A stretch of 64,000 bases of DNA from Leucoraja ocellata (taxonomy: Eukaryota), in the NCBI GenBank assembly GCA_036785375.1, contig JAWMAR010001053.1, forward strand, positions 186,001 to 250,000, written 5' to 3'. Position numbers and translations under genes: made by a program. Positions within the stretch are counted from its first letter, which is position 1. Each line of letters opens with the position of its first letter. Below, piece after piece: positions 46,869 to 59,034 of the stretch. A model generated the notes under the pieces. That model saw only the letters and a list, made by a program, of their open reading frames with translations. It was not told where the DNA came from and did no database searches.

Positions 46869-49800
46869 AATAGTAAGATTAAACGAGAACTTACCAGTTT
46901 GAAGTTTGATCTTTATTTTATGAGGAATTACGATGAGGCATTATGTGAAGACCCCGCCAGTACGCATGTGCGACATTCTTCAAAGCAGCGGTGTGGAATC
47001 ACAGGAATAGTAATTGAAATAAACATAGTAAGATAAGAAGAACTAGGATACCAGTTGACCTTTATAATAGAGGGTGGGAGCGGAGGGCACGTAATCCCTC
47101 ATCGTAACTCCTCATAAAATAAAGATCAAACTTCAAACTGGTAAGTTCTCGTTAAATCTTACTATTTTACTTCGGAGTCACGTGAGTGACCATGTGAAGA
47201 TTTTAAAGATCTGTGATTTCATGCCGTGAAACGAGTCCATGCTTCACTCACTGCCATAGTTGACCAGGGGAGGAAGTATGTTATCGTATTCAGACATGAA
47301 TAATGACAATAGTAACCTCCCTCACCTGGGAGGCACTATGAACAGAACTTAACATAGAGTTCGTAAATACCCCCGATCTGGTAATGGGTTAGTACTAATG
47401 TGTGGAACATTGCTAGATTGACCATCCTGCAACCGCTAGGATGTGGTCCCGCTAACTTCCACCCTGCTGCTGAGGTTGTTGCAGCCTTAGTGGAGTGACT
47501 TGAAATGTCAGTATTTACTCCTGTATAAGCCAGACCCATAACCACCTGAAGATGGTCTGTAGTGATACCTTCTTTGGAGGCTAGATGTAACTAACAACAT
47601 TGCCAGTTCAGAGTCTCTAGGCTCTAGTGATCTAACATTCTGGTGTAGATGTGTGACCATACACAATCGATGGTTCATGGGATATGTGAACATCTAGTTT
47701 GAGACATGGTGCCCCTGGTCTATACTGCTTGACTAAGTCATAACATAGGTGTTATTCAGCCTGCAGATATAATCACCCTGTCCAGTCAACATTTATGCAA
47801 TGACTGGACCCATAGCGCTGTGAGCTTAACCACTTGCAGCGCTATGAGCGTAACCACTTATAAGTGAGTTAGTCCAAGGACAGGGATGTAGTTGGAGCCC
47901 TTCAGTGAAGCGACGTAGCGCAATGTTAACACCCCATACCTCTGCGTCCCTAGGCCTGGGACTTTTCGAGTTGTAGATATCCTTCATAATCTAGAACTCA
48001 GAGGGTGAGACCCGACAGAGTGGATTCTTCTCCTCCCAGCCAGTATGATGAAAGCACTTTAGGCATAGTAGATGGCACTTTAAACATAATGATTGTTAAG
48101 CCCTCGTATGAGCCTGAACTACAAGACGTGAGTCATCCATGCCGAATTATGTAATATAATCATAAAACAAATACCTCCCATCTCCTTATGAGGAAATATT
48201 GTTTTTTTTTGTTTGTTTGTTTTTTTTGGTGCTATCCATGCGATCTGCATCGAGCATGTTCATGCTTGGTTTAACAACCTAAGCCGCAGGAACGGTCTTC
48301 TCAGTCTCTGTAAGTCAATGAATTGATTATATCATGCTGAGGATGGTTTCTCGCAACACCATCTTTAGAAGTGTGTTCTAGAAATAACCTTATAAGGTTC
48401 TTTCATTCCCCATATCAGTGGGTACCATGGCTGGCTAAGCCCGGCAGGCACTATAAAAATGCCTGAGGCGGGAACTGGCTGTATTTTGCAACCCCGTCTG
48501 ATGAGGCAGAAATGGAGGAAGACATAAAAGAACATTCCTCCTTAGTGTAGCTAGAATGTAACCATTGCTACTGATATGCCTCATTTAAACAAACAAACAT
48601 TTCACTGGTGATTGAGCCTGGATGCAACCATCTTGATCTTCAACGTTCACAATGTATTTTAATACTTTGTGATCCAACACCCATATTGTGTACCGAAATG
48701 AGGTTTGAGTAAACTATCACTGGATATTTTGACTTATTTGCACCCATGTGAATAACATTCACCACCACTGAAGTGTATCAACTTGGACTAGAGCATGCAG
48801 ATTAGGCATATTCGCATAACCTTTAATCCACAGAATGCACCCAGTGTCTATAGGTACCATATAACTGAAGAATTGGTAACTCTCCCATCCACCTCTGTAA
48901 CTAGATGGTAAGAGCAATTTCCCATCCTGAGCAATAGCATCAGTTTGTAATTTAACTGAAGATTTACTGATTTAGTGGAAAGATGCTGAATACTGTTCGT
49001 CCACCGTGTTAATTATGGTAGTTTCAGGTGGGAATAGCATAGAGTTGGTAACAATGACCTTGAGTGCTTACTTCTTTTGCATGCTGTATAGTTCTGATTG
49101 TGCAAAGGCCCAAATAGCACAGCTGTAAGTCAATATAAATAGTCAATTACACTTGATGAACAGAAGGCTATTTGATAAGGTTTGTTACGGGCTTCAATTC
49201 ATTCCAATCCCTTACCTCAGGGCGGAGTCCCAGATGATTAATATTTAAAGGTAATCCCAATAATCAATAATTTCAGTTGGTATCAACAAATTTATCTGGA
49301 CAGATGAGAACCCAATTTCTCAAATAGGTTTCGTGGCTGATATAGCTAAATTAGCAAAATACAGCGTTTAATCTCATCCAGATAGTTCTTAACAATATCT
49401 TTTTTTTTTTTTTTTTTTGCTCTGAGCAGCCAAAGCACTAATTTAGTAAATAACCTGGAAGCTGAAGTTAGCCTATTTTGCAATGTTTTTAACTGTATCA
49501 TTGCTCCATCCAGTTAAATTTCAGATATTTCCGGTGCCCTGTGAATGAAAGCTGACCCCATGTGAATTAATAGTCACAAAATTACAATGTCTATACTGCA
49601 CATGCGAGTTGAGCTTGTTGATAACGAACAGGCCACATCTGTCATAATAGCGAGCCTGCCTAAAGAGGTAACTCCAGCCTATTCCGACTGCCTCGCTTGT
49701 GTACTGTGCAGTATGAACTATCTCATCCAACCTTCTTGTAAATGGTCCACAACCCCACATTTCGGAATGAACTAGACCCACCAACCGTCATGGCTACCGG

Positions 49801-51124
49801 TGGCTTTATGTTAAGCCCAAAAGGCCCCTGATGCGGGTTCGATTTCCGTCCTCGATTGGAGCGCAGGGCTGCTGGTGTATGTGGACCCATGTCTTTCTAG
49901 GTGCATGGTATCTCCCAGCCGGCACCTGTTCCTCGGACTTGCTTCCGAGTTCAGAGTCCGTTGCCAACTGACCTCTCGCACTCACCTTCACAGAAGAGAG
50001 TTTTGTAGGCAGCCCTGAAAAGGGTGCTGCAACGGGCTCTCGAGGAGACCTGCGCTGATATGGCCCTCCATGGCCAATCAGGATGGATAAAACGTCCGAG
50101 GACATACCCATATCGGAGGGGAACCCTCCTTGCCTGACTACAGTCTAGGCCTTTCAGACTCCTGTTTTAGCTCTTACCCTCCTCGGGCAGCTGGAGTCTA
50201 AATTAGCTGCCGGCTACCCGCACTTCTGTGTCATAGCCGTGTCTTCCACATGGTCCCCGTAGCTGAGCTTTCCACCAGACATGGTTCTACCTGTGTTCTT
50301 CGCAAGGTTCCTGTAGCTTGGTTATCCGCAGTCTTCCCACGGTCCCTGAAGCTGGGTTATCTGTGGTCTTCCCATGGCCCCCGAGGCTGGGTTATCCGCA
50401 GTCTTCCCATGGTCCCTGAATCTGGGTTATCTGGGATCTTCCCACGGTCCCTGAAGCTAGGTTACCTGTGGTTTTTACCGTGGTCTCTGAAGCTAGGTTA
50501 CCTGTGGTCTTCCCGTGGTCTCCGAAGTCGGGTTACCTGCAGTCTTTCCGTGTTCTCGGAAGTCGGGTTACCTGCGGTCTTCCCGCCGTCTCGGAAGACG
50601 GGTTACCCGCGGTCTTCCCGCGGTCTCGGAAGGCCAGTTACCTGCAGTCTTCTCAGGTTCCATGGTCCCCGCAGCCAGGCTTCTCCCCATGGGTCAGGAT
50701 TCCCCCGCGGTTCTTGTAGCAGGGACCCGAAATGATGGAGAAACTCAACGGGTGCAGCAGCATCTTGTGGAACCTTGTAGCAGGGACCTTGCAGTGTCAG
50801 GAGCCGGGATTTCCCCTGTTTAATGCTCCCTTATGTTTTGGGCTTCCCCCGAGCTGGCGTGGCTTAGAAACAGGGTTTTCCCCTGCGGTCGCTGTAGAAG
50901 GGAGCCGGGTGATGCTGGGGTTCCAACCCCGGACCTCCAGCAGGAGCTCTGAAAGCTTCCTGCAATAAAAATGAGACCTGGAAAAGTAAAACTTACTTTC
51001 AGGTCCAAGCTGTTGGAAGCAGCGCTCCAGCAGCCTATCGTTTGCGCAATGCGAGAGACGATATGTCGTGCATGCGTGCTGGCGGGGTCTTCACGTAGTC
51101 ACTCCCATGACTCCAAAGTAAAAT
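46869..51124 (-). mobile_element. Full-length degenerate DIRS1-type retrotransposon
   Basis: Left ITR at about 51065-51124, right ITR from 46869, ICR at about 47085-47215. Remnants of RT (LQNRLTSASRLFTKL, NYLDE), RNase H (LQTDA), MT-like domain (VASRLNHQ) and tyrosine recombinase (SHSTKAATTSAA, ILAVAGWS). Confidence 0.88.
50250..50720. repeat. 35-bp minisatellite within the DIRS 5' region
   Basis: gtta(t/c) recurs at 50321, 50356, 50391, 50426, 50461, 50497, 50532, 50567, 50602 and 50637. Confidence 0.9.
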
Positions 51125-52319
51125 TGTACATATTTCACCACGCACCATTGATGTCCCTCACCTAAATGAAACAGAATTGACTCAGATGGCACAATTCAAG
51201 TCTTGTGACCAAGAATGTTCTGTTACTACTTTGGTTCAGTGGGATTTGAGGTTCGTGATGTACGGCAGAAATTTCCACAGGTGGGGTAGATGATGCTCGC
51301 TGAGTGGTTAGTGAGATGATGTGCTCCTTCCTCTGTCCATCTTTGATTTTTGAGTGCTCCAAGCAAATTAAACTGAAGTTTTTATAGAGGCAGTGCCACT
51401 CCAAACGCGCCTTCTCCACTTTGAGTGGTCATAGTCAGTCATTCCAGAGTCAGTGGGAACATTGCACTTTTTTCAAGAAAGCATCAAGAACATCCTATAT
51501 TTGCTTCAATGTTTATCCAGTTGATTACACGCTTGAAAATTAGTTTAAAAATTGCTTCCAAACAAAAGGGAGAGTTCCACATTCTGATCTTTTATATATA
51601 TTTTTTAATATATTTTTTATATCTTTTAGATTAAATATTTGATTAAACCCCTATCTAACCATTTCTACTGAAGAGAACTGTCAAATTTCAAAATAATATT
51701 ACAAGAGCAGTGAGTTTTCTCAGCCTCCTGTTTAAAATTCTTTGTTCATTCATCACCCTAGAAACAGATTTACTGATTGTTTGTCTCATTTATTGTTCGA
51801 AAGAAATTTGCTGTGTGCAAAATGGCTGTCAAGTTAACCACAGACCAGTTAGTTATAAATGAATCCCTATGAGATATGACGAACTGTTACATGAATAAAA
51901 TATATTTTTTGAAAATCATTATGCAAATGATTTTTTTAGAGATGTAGAATAAACTTTGTCTGCTTTATCACAACTTTAGTCTTACATGGAACAGTCATTT
52001 GTGTTTCTTACAACTAACAACATATTTGGATTAATTCTCATATTGTCTCTTTTGTAACAATAGCATTTCCTTGCAGCCTCTCCCTGGTCTACCTGGAGTT
52101 TTGTTCTATGCCATGAAGGAGCAAGTTGATGTTCTGAAGGAGCAGTAATGTGGGGAATTTTCAATGCAATTAGATGCTCCGAATGAACACAGGGATGCAA
52201 ATTTAAAAAGAGCTCACTGCTCCAGTGGGATAAAGTGAAGTGGTGCATGTTCCATGTACAGCTAGATGCTGTGTATGATGAGATTGCTTTCCAGCATGAG
52301 CAGAAGGATGCAACTAATA

Positions 52320-52551
52320 AGTCTATAGATAACGCATGGAAACAAGCCCTTTGGTTCACTGAGTTCACGCCGATCATCGTTCACCTGCTCACTTTCTTAA
52401 CCACATTACAGGCACCTTTACAGAAGCCCATTAGCCTACAAACCCACACAGCTTTGGGATGTGGAAGAAAACATGCAAACTCCACACAGACTGCATCCAT
52501 GCAGACAGCTGTGAGGCAGTGGCTCTACCAGTTGCGCCACAGTGCCAGCCC
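52320..52551 (-). mobile_element. HE1-type SINE (degenerate)
   Basis: Head ...gtgaggcagtggctctaccagttgcgccacagtgccagccc and tail gcatggaaacaagcccttt. Confidence 0.7.
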
Positions 52552-52559
52552 TGTTGATC

Positions 52560-52960
52560 ACTCTCCAACAAAAACTGAGATATGGCTTTATTCTGCAGTA
52601 TCACTAACATGCCCATCCTCAAGTCATCGTCATGCATTTCTAGAATTGAGTCGAACCTATCCCAAAGAATCATCTGCAATGATATTTCTGCCATGGATTT
52701 AAGGCTTGCAGGCCTATATTTATCTGGGCTATTTCCTATTGCCCTTCTTAAATAAGGAAACAACATTGGCTGTTCTTCAGTCCCCATGGACCTTCCATGT
52801 GGCGAGAGAGGATTCAAAGAATTCTGACAAGCCCCTGCAATCACTACTCTCAATAGCCTAGGGTATATCCCATCAGGCCTTGGGGCCATATCAACCTTAA
52901 TGTTCTCCAAAAGACCCAGCATCACATCTTTCTCAATATCAACCTGCTGTGGATTATCAG
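52560..52960 (-). mobile_element. Old CR1 internal fragment
   Basis: ORF 52431-52925 reads LENIKVDMAPRPDGIYPRLLR and PDKYRPASL. Confidence 0.7.
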
Positions 52961-53202
52961 CATATCCCCCACTATCCCTTAATTAGTTCCCAGAAATGAA
53001 ATTACAATGTATTTAAGGTGCCGTGTTTGCTGCTCATGGCACAGACAAATCCACTGAAAGCCTCTGGTCTGTTCACATATAGGATACCATGTTCTCTGTC
53101 ACTTGACAATCAGTTCAACATTCCTGACCTTTGGCCTTCTGCATCTACTCTTAGTGAGGTTTGACATTTATTTTGGGATCTTTTCTGTTGAGCATGTCCA
53201 CA

Positions 53203-53520
53203 TTTAGTTTTAGTTTTAGTATTAGTTTTAGAGATACAGTGCGGAAACTGGCACTTCGGCCCACCGAGTCCACACCGACCAGCGATCACTGCACATTAAT
53301 GCTACCCTCCACACTAGGGACAATTAACATTTATACCAAGCCAATTACTTTACAACCTGTACGTCTTTGGAGTGTGGGCAGAAAACTGGAGCACCTGGAG
53401 AAAACCCACATAGTCACGGTGAGAACGTACAAACTCTGTACAGACAGCACCCATAGTCATAATTGAACCTAGGTCTCTGGCGCTGTAAGGCAGCAACTGT
53501 ACCACTGTGCCTCCATGCTG
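53203..53520 (-). mobile_element. HE1-type SINE, full length
   Basis: (tttagt)n tail, conserved body and tRNA-like head. Confidence 0.85.
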
Positions 53521-53871
53521 CAGGAGGAGGAGAAGGAGAATAATGCATCACCTCTCCACCTTTAATTGTTTACTGTCTTTTATACAATTCACACCTGAGC
53601 TACATACTGGGACTTCCATCGCATGGATCATCCCACCTGTGTGAGACCATAGCATAGGACTTGATGGTGCCAGACCATTGCATGAGGCTGCCCGCATACA
53701 CTGAGCATTGCCATGTCCTTCCACCCCCTGTGCCAGCTTGCTATTCCTCCTCTCCACCGCAACACCATTATGCAGCTGTTCTGTAGCTGCCATGGGGGGG
53801 ATTCCCTTGAAGATCCGATCATATTCCCAGTGATTAGCTTGGCACAGGCTCGAGCTGTTCCAGCAGATCCT

Positions 53872-55039
53872 GACAATAGACAATAAACAATAGACAATAG
53901 GTGCACGAGTAGGCCATTTGAGCCAGCACCGCCATTCAATGTGATCATGGCTGATCATCCACAATCAGTACCCCGTTCCTGCCTTCTCCCCATATCCCCT
54001 GACTCCACTATCTTTAAGAGCCCTATCTAGTTCTCTCTTGAAAGTATCCAGAGAACCGGCCTCCGCTGCCCTCTGAGGCAGAGAATTGCACAGACACAAT
54101 TCTCTGTGAGATAAAGTGTTTCCTTGGCTCCATTCCAAATGGCTTACCCCTTATTCTTAAACTGTGGCCCCTGGTTCTGGACTTCCCCAACATCGGGAAC
54201 ATGTTTCCTACCTCTAGCGTGTCCAAACCCTTAATATTCTTATATGTTTCAATAAGATCCCCTCTCACCCTTCTAAACTCCAGAGTATACAAGCCCAGCC
54301 GCTCTATTCTCTCAGCATATGACAGTCCCGCCATCTCGGGAATTAACCTTGTAAACCTACGCTGCACTCCCTCAAAAGCAAGAATGTCCTTCCTCAAATT
54401 AGGAGACCAAAACTGCACACAATACTCCAGGTATGGTCTCATTAGGGCCCTATACAACTGCAGAAGGACCTATTTGCTCCTGTACTCAACTACTCGTGTT
54501 ATGAAGGCCAACATGCCATTCTCTTTCTTCACTACCTGCTGTACCTGCATGTTTACTTTCATTGACTGATGAACAAGGAACACCAGATCCCTCTGTACTT
54601 CCCCTTTTCCCAACTTGACGCCATTTAGATAATAATCTGCCTTCCTGGTTTTGCTACCAGTGGATAACCTCACATTTATCCACATTAAACTGCATCTGCC
54701 AAGCATCTGCCCACTCGCCCAACCTGTCCAAGTCACCCTGCATTCTCATAGCATTCTCCTCACAGTACACATTGCCACCCAGCTTTGTGTCATCTGCAGA
54801 TTTGCTAATGTTACTTTGATGCCCTTCATCCAAATCATTGATGTATATTGTAAATAGCTGCGGTCCCAGCACCGAGCCTTAGCCTCAGTAGTCACTGCCT
54901 GCCATTCTGAAAGGGACCCGTTAATCCCTCTCTTTGCTTCCTGTCTGCCAACCAATTTTCTATCCATGTCAGCACTCTACCCCAATACCATGTGCCCTAA
55001 TTCTGCCCACTAATCTCCTATGTTGGACCTTATCAAATG
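53872..55039 (-). mobile_element. 5'-truncated CR1
   Basis: ORFs 54654-54872, 54470-54736 and 54023-54457, with a (caataga)n tail. Confidence 0.92.
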
Positions 55040-55903
55040 ACAGAATCAAGCAGGTCCGCTCTTACCACACGATTTGTTGTTTCCACTGTATTTTTTTCAA
55101 TTCCACCATTTTTTTTCTGGAGAAAGGATTAAGCATTAAGACTATACACAGCACACGCTACGCACTTCGGAGGAGGATCTCCAGGCACATTTCCCTTTCA
55201 CGGGGAGGTCCTCAATGTGATCTACATCATGCTGTAGCCACAAAGCTGTGGTGGAATTAGCTGCCTAGTGGCAGTGGAGATTATTGTTTGTGAATTTCTA
55301 TCCTTGTTCCTCAGTTTAGTCTCGATGCTGGAGACATGTTTAGCATCTCATGAATATGTAGTACGCTGCTGTATTATGGAGATAACAAAGGATATCAGCT
55401 TTAGGAGAGCCGAACTAATCTCCTGTTCTTTGAGAGGGACAGCGGCAGATAATCTGTGCATGGAGTCTTAAAAATGGTGGACTTCCCAGTTAAGAAAGGA
55501 TCAATCAAGTGCACTAACATCCCCTCAAGGATGTTGCAGCAAAACCCCTGAAGTACACAGGAACTCTAATTATTATCACACGTTGCTTGCCCAACTGGTT
55601 TTCACTGATCTTAACAAAAAACAATGGTGAATCACCCCTCTAGGGACTCTAGCCAGGACTTGTTTATGATCTGGTTATCAGAAGACAGGAGAGATCAGAT
55701 GACTAGCTCTTCATACAAAGTTGAAGCTCATGCAAAAGACAATGGTCAGGCATCAAATTATCATCAAATATATTATAGAGCAAACCATTTGATTCATCTA
55801 GTATTGCTTCCACAACGTTGAAATTCGTGATAGTGAATTGTAGCTAGTGCAGAGAGGGTGCCATCATTCTTTGTTGACTGTTAAGTTCTATCAAGCTGTG
55901 AGG

Positions 55904-56220
55904 TTAGTTTAGAGGTACAGCGCAGCAACAGGCCCTTTGGTCAACCGAGTCAATGCCAACCAACGATCCCCATGCACCAGCACTATTGTACACATGAGGG
56001 ACAATTTAGAATTTTTACGATAACTACTTAAGTTACAAACCTGTCCGACTTTGGAGTGAGGTAGGAAACCAGAGATCCTTGAGAAGACCCATGCAGTCAC
56101 GGTGAAAACGTACAAACTCTATACAGATAGCGCCTGTAGTCACTAACCATCTGCCCCCACAAAACCAGATCTCTGGCACTGAAAGGCAGCAACTCTACCA
56201 CTGCACCATTGTGTCGCCCC
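55904..56220 (-). mobile_element. HE1-type SINE
   Basis: Tail, body and head as in the other copies. Confidence 0.82.
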
Positions 56221-57120
56221 TCATACAACTAGCCCAGCTAGTGAGGGGTCATCCATTGCAGTGACCTGGGTGCAGAAAGTGGCAGAACTGGTGGAGAAAG
56301 AGAGAAAAACAAGTTTGGTGGTCCGTGTGCATATGCAATTATACTTCAAAGAGATCCAGACTTTGGCTTGTGACATCCATGTCCTATAATTATCAGATGT
56401 CCTATAATTATCAGAAGACTGGGATGCAAGCAGAAGCCTCCACGTGGCATATCCCGGGCAATGTTGATGACAGAAACTGTACCACAGTGACTGACTGAAG
56501 TAACCCATTCTGCAACCACAGACCGTCAACCGTCACTGACCGACCGGAAAGACGTGATATAGAAGATGGCCGGACACGAGGAAGAAGGTCAGAAGACTTC
56601 TTTCTCCAACAATAGAATGTCTAATCACCTCCTACTGACATGGAAAATCATTACATTCACTGAATTCCTCAAGATTAACATTTTAAAGACAGTTGCTATA
56701 CCTGGACTAGCAACATAAAATATTGTTACTGTAAGATTAGAGCAAAGGCTCGATGTTGTCTAGTAAGTTACTGAATTACTGTCCCATAAAGCTGTCCTAG
56801 CAATTATTGGTCACATGCCAGGGCTTAATGGAAAACCTGGCTGATGAATGTAGCTCAAACTCTCAGCATACTTTACACCACCCAAGACAAAATTATTTGC
56901 TTGAATGGCATCCATCCAACACCCTAAATATTTATTTCCTCTCGCAAAAAAAGTCTCAGTGCATATCATTGACAAACTTGGTGCAATAACTCATCCACGC
57001 ATCTTCGGCAGTATGTGTAGCAATGTTTTCAACAAAATTTTGGGATTTAAAAAATCAAGTTGCAATTTATCCCATGAGATAAAGCATACCAATAAGTTTA
57101 ATTTGACACCTAATTCACTT

Positions 57121-58195
57121 TCCCGATCTTTCAAGTAAGATTTGAACCAGTCCAGCACAGAACCAGAGAGTCCCGCCCACTTCTCCAGTCTGTTAAGCAG
57201 TATGTTGTGGTCCACCGTATCAAAAGCAGCACTGAGATCTAGAAGTACCAAAACTGAAACTGTTGATGCATCACTGTGTAGATGTATGCCGTTTAGGACC
57301 TTAGTGAGTGCAGTCTCGGTGCTGTGATGTGGCCAAAATCCCGACTGGAAAACATTAAAAATATTGTTTTGGGTCATAAAGCAGTAAATTTGTTGGTAAA
57401 CCACCCTTTCAATAATCTTTGCCAAAAATGCTAAATTAGATATGGGCCTGTAGTTGCTCATAGCTGAGGCATCCAAATTAGGCTTCTTCAATAGGGGCTT
57501 GATCACTGCTGTTTTTAAGGCTTCGGGAAAATGCCCCAATTGAAGGGAAGTGTTTACTATGTTCAGTACTTCTGGTGCAACACTGTTAAAAATATTCTTA
57601 AAGAATCTTGTGGGCAGCAGATCAAGACAGCAGGTAGTGGACTTTAGCTGTTGAACAGTTTCAGTCAGAGATGCACAATCTAAAAGTTTAAAATGTTGTA
57701 GATTCATTAGTGAATCTGGAGGCATAGGTGACAAAGCCATGTTCCCTGAGGTGGAGCTAGACATTGTTTGTCTTATCTTCAGAATTTTATCGGTGAAGAA
57801 ATCTGCAAAGTCATTGCACGACTTGCTGGACAGGAGCTCAGGAGGGACTGATGATGAGGGGTTTGTCAGTCTATCGATAACAGCAAACAGGGTGCGGGAA
57901 TTATTATTTTTGTTGATAACCTCTGAGAAAAAGGACTGCCTTGCCCCTTTCAATTCCTGATTATAGATACGGATGTTGTCCTTGTAGATGTTGTAGTGGA
58001 CCTGTAGTTTGGTTTTTCGCCACCTACGTTCGGCCTGTCTACACTTTGTTCTTTGGGATTTCACTGCTGTGGCATTTCTCCATGGTGACGTTTTCCTTCC
58101 AGATAAAACCTTGGTCTTTAGTGGTGCAATAGTATCCATAAGAGTCATAACATTGGAGATAAAACCATCCACAAGGTCATTGCTAGTATGTGTAG
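57121..58195 (-). mobile_element. L2-clade LINE ORF2 internal fragment, uninterrupted
   Basis: Lies within ORF 56991-58214: PLLKKPNLD, NYRPISNL, FQSGF..HHSTETAL, LLDLSAAFDTVDH, WFKSYL. Confidence 0.9.
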
Positions 58196-58254
58196 GGCCT
58201 GAGACCCTTAACACTTAGGATAAGGTCAGTTGAGCCATGATTACCGAATGATGC

Positions 58255-58342
58255 TCCAGCGATGCAGCCAGACCCGCAGAGATACTCCAGCACTTTGTGT
58301 CTATTTTCTGTATAAACCAGCATCTGCAATTCCTTCCTGCAT
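58255..58342 (+). mobile_element. Penelope-derived pLTR fragment
   Basis: ctccagcactttgtgtcta...aaaccagcatctgcaattcc matches the other copies. Confidence 0.6.
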
Positions 58343-58462
58343 GGAACCATCATTATATGCAGATTCACCCACAAGACCCGCACTAATCTGACTTGGAAAT
58401 TTATTGTTGTACTCACGTTGCTGTTGAGTTCACATTCTGCAGTTCCCTTGCTGTTGGCGTTA

Positions 58463-59034
58463 AGTCCCTGTCCCACTTTCACGACCTAATGGCAACCTCT
58501 GCCGAGTTTGCCCTAGACTCATACTCGCACCATGATCACCATGAGGTCGTTGGAGGTTGCAGGAAGTCTTCGTAACTGTTCCTCATGCTCGTGAGTGGCC
58601 TCAAGTAGGTCCCGGCGTTTTTTCCATCCTGATAAAAAATGCCCATGAGTAAAAAAAAGGTTGACATGAAAAAATGTATACTCTTTACTCGTAGGTAGAT
58701 CGTAGGTGGGTCGTAGTAGGTCATGATGGTAGTCGTAGATAGTCGTAGGTAGTCGTAGGTCGGTAACTGGCCCAAGAAAAAAATGCAAACATATAATTTT
58801 ATCATGTGATCATTTTCCACACGTAGCTAGTTGTAGTCGGTCTGAGGTGTGGAAGACTGAGGTCGAGGGGGTCATCGGAGGTCGTAAACGTAGTCGTAGG
58901 AGGTCGTAGACATAGTCGTTGGAAGTCGTAGGAGGTCTTTTACTTTGGTGAGTCAACACTACCTTGACATTTTTTTCAACTCGTCTAGAGTCTTCTAAAC
59001 TCGTATATTAGGTTGTCTAAGTGGGACAGGCCCT
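58463..59034. mobile_element. PIF/Harbinger-type MITE
   Basis: TIRs agtccctgtcccactt and aagtgggacaggccct. TTA TSD at 58460-58462 and 59035-59037. Internal gtcgta(g) arrays. Confidence 0.8.

Noticed and set aside
50250-50720. CRISPR-like periodicity
   Set aside because: Units are contiguous tandem repeats without unique spacers, in a eukaryotic context.
52075-52320. Possible plus-strand exon after catttccttgcag
   Set aside because: All three frames hit stops within about 25 codons.
53460-53520. tRNA-like sequence at SINE heads
   Set aside because: These are SINE-derived box A/B remnants, not tRNA genes.
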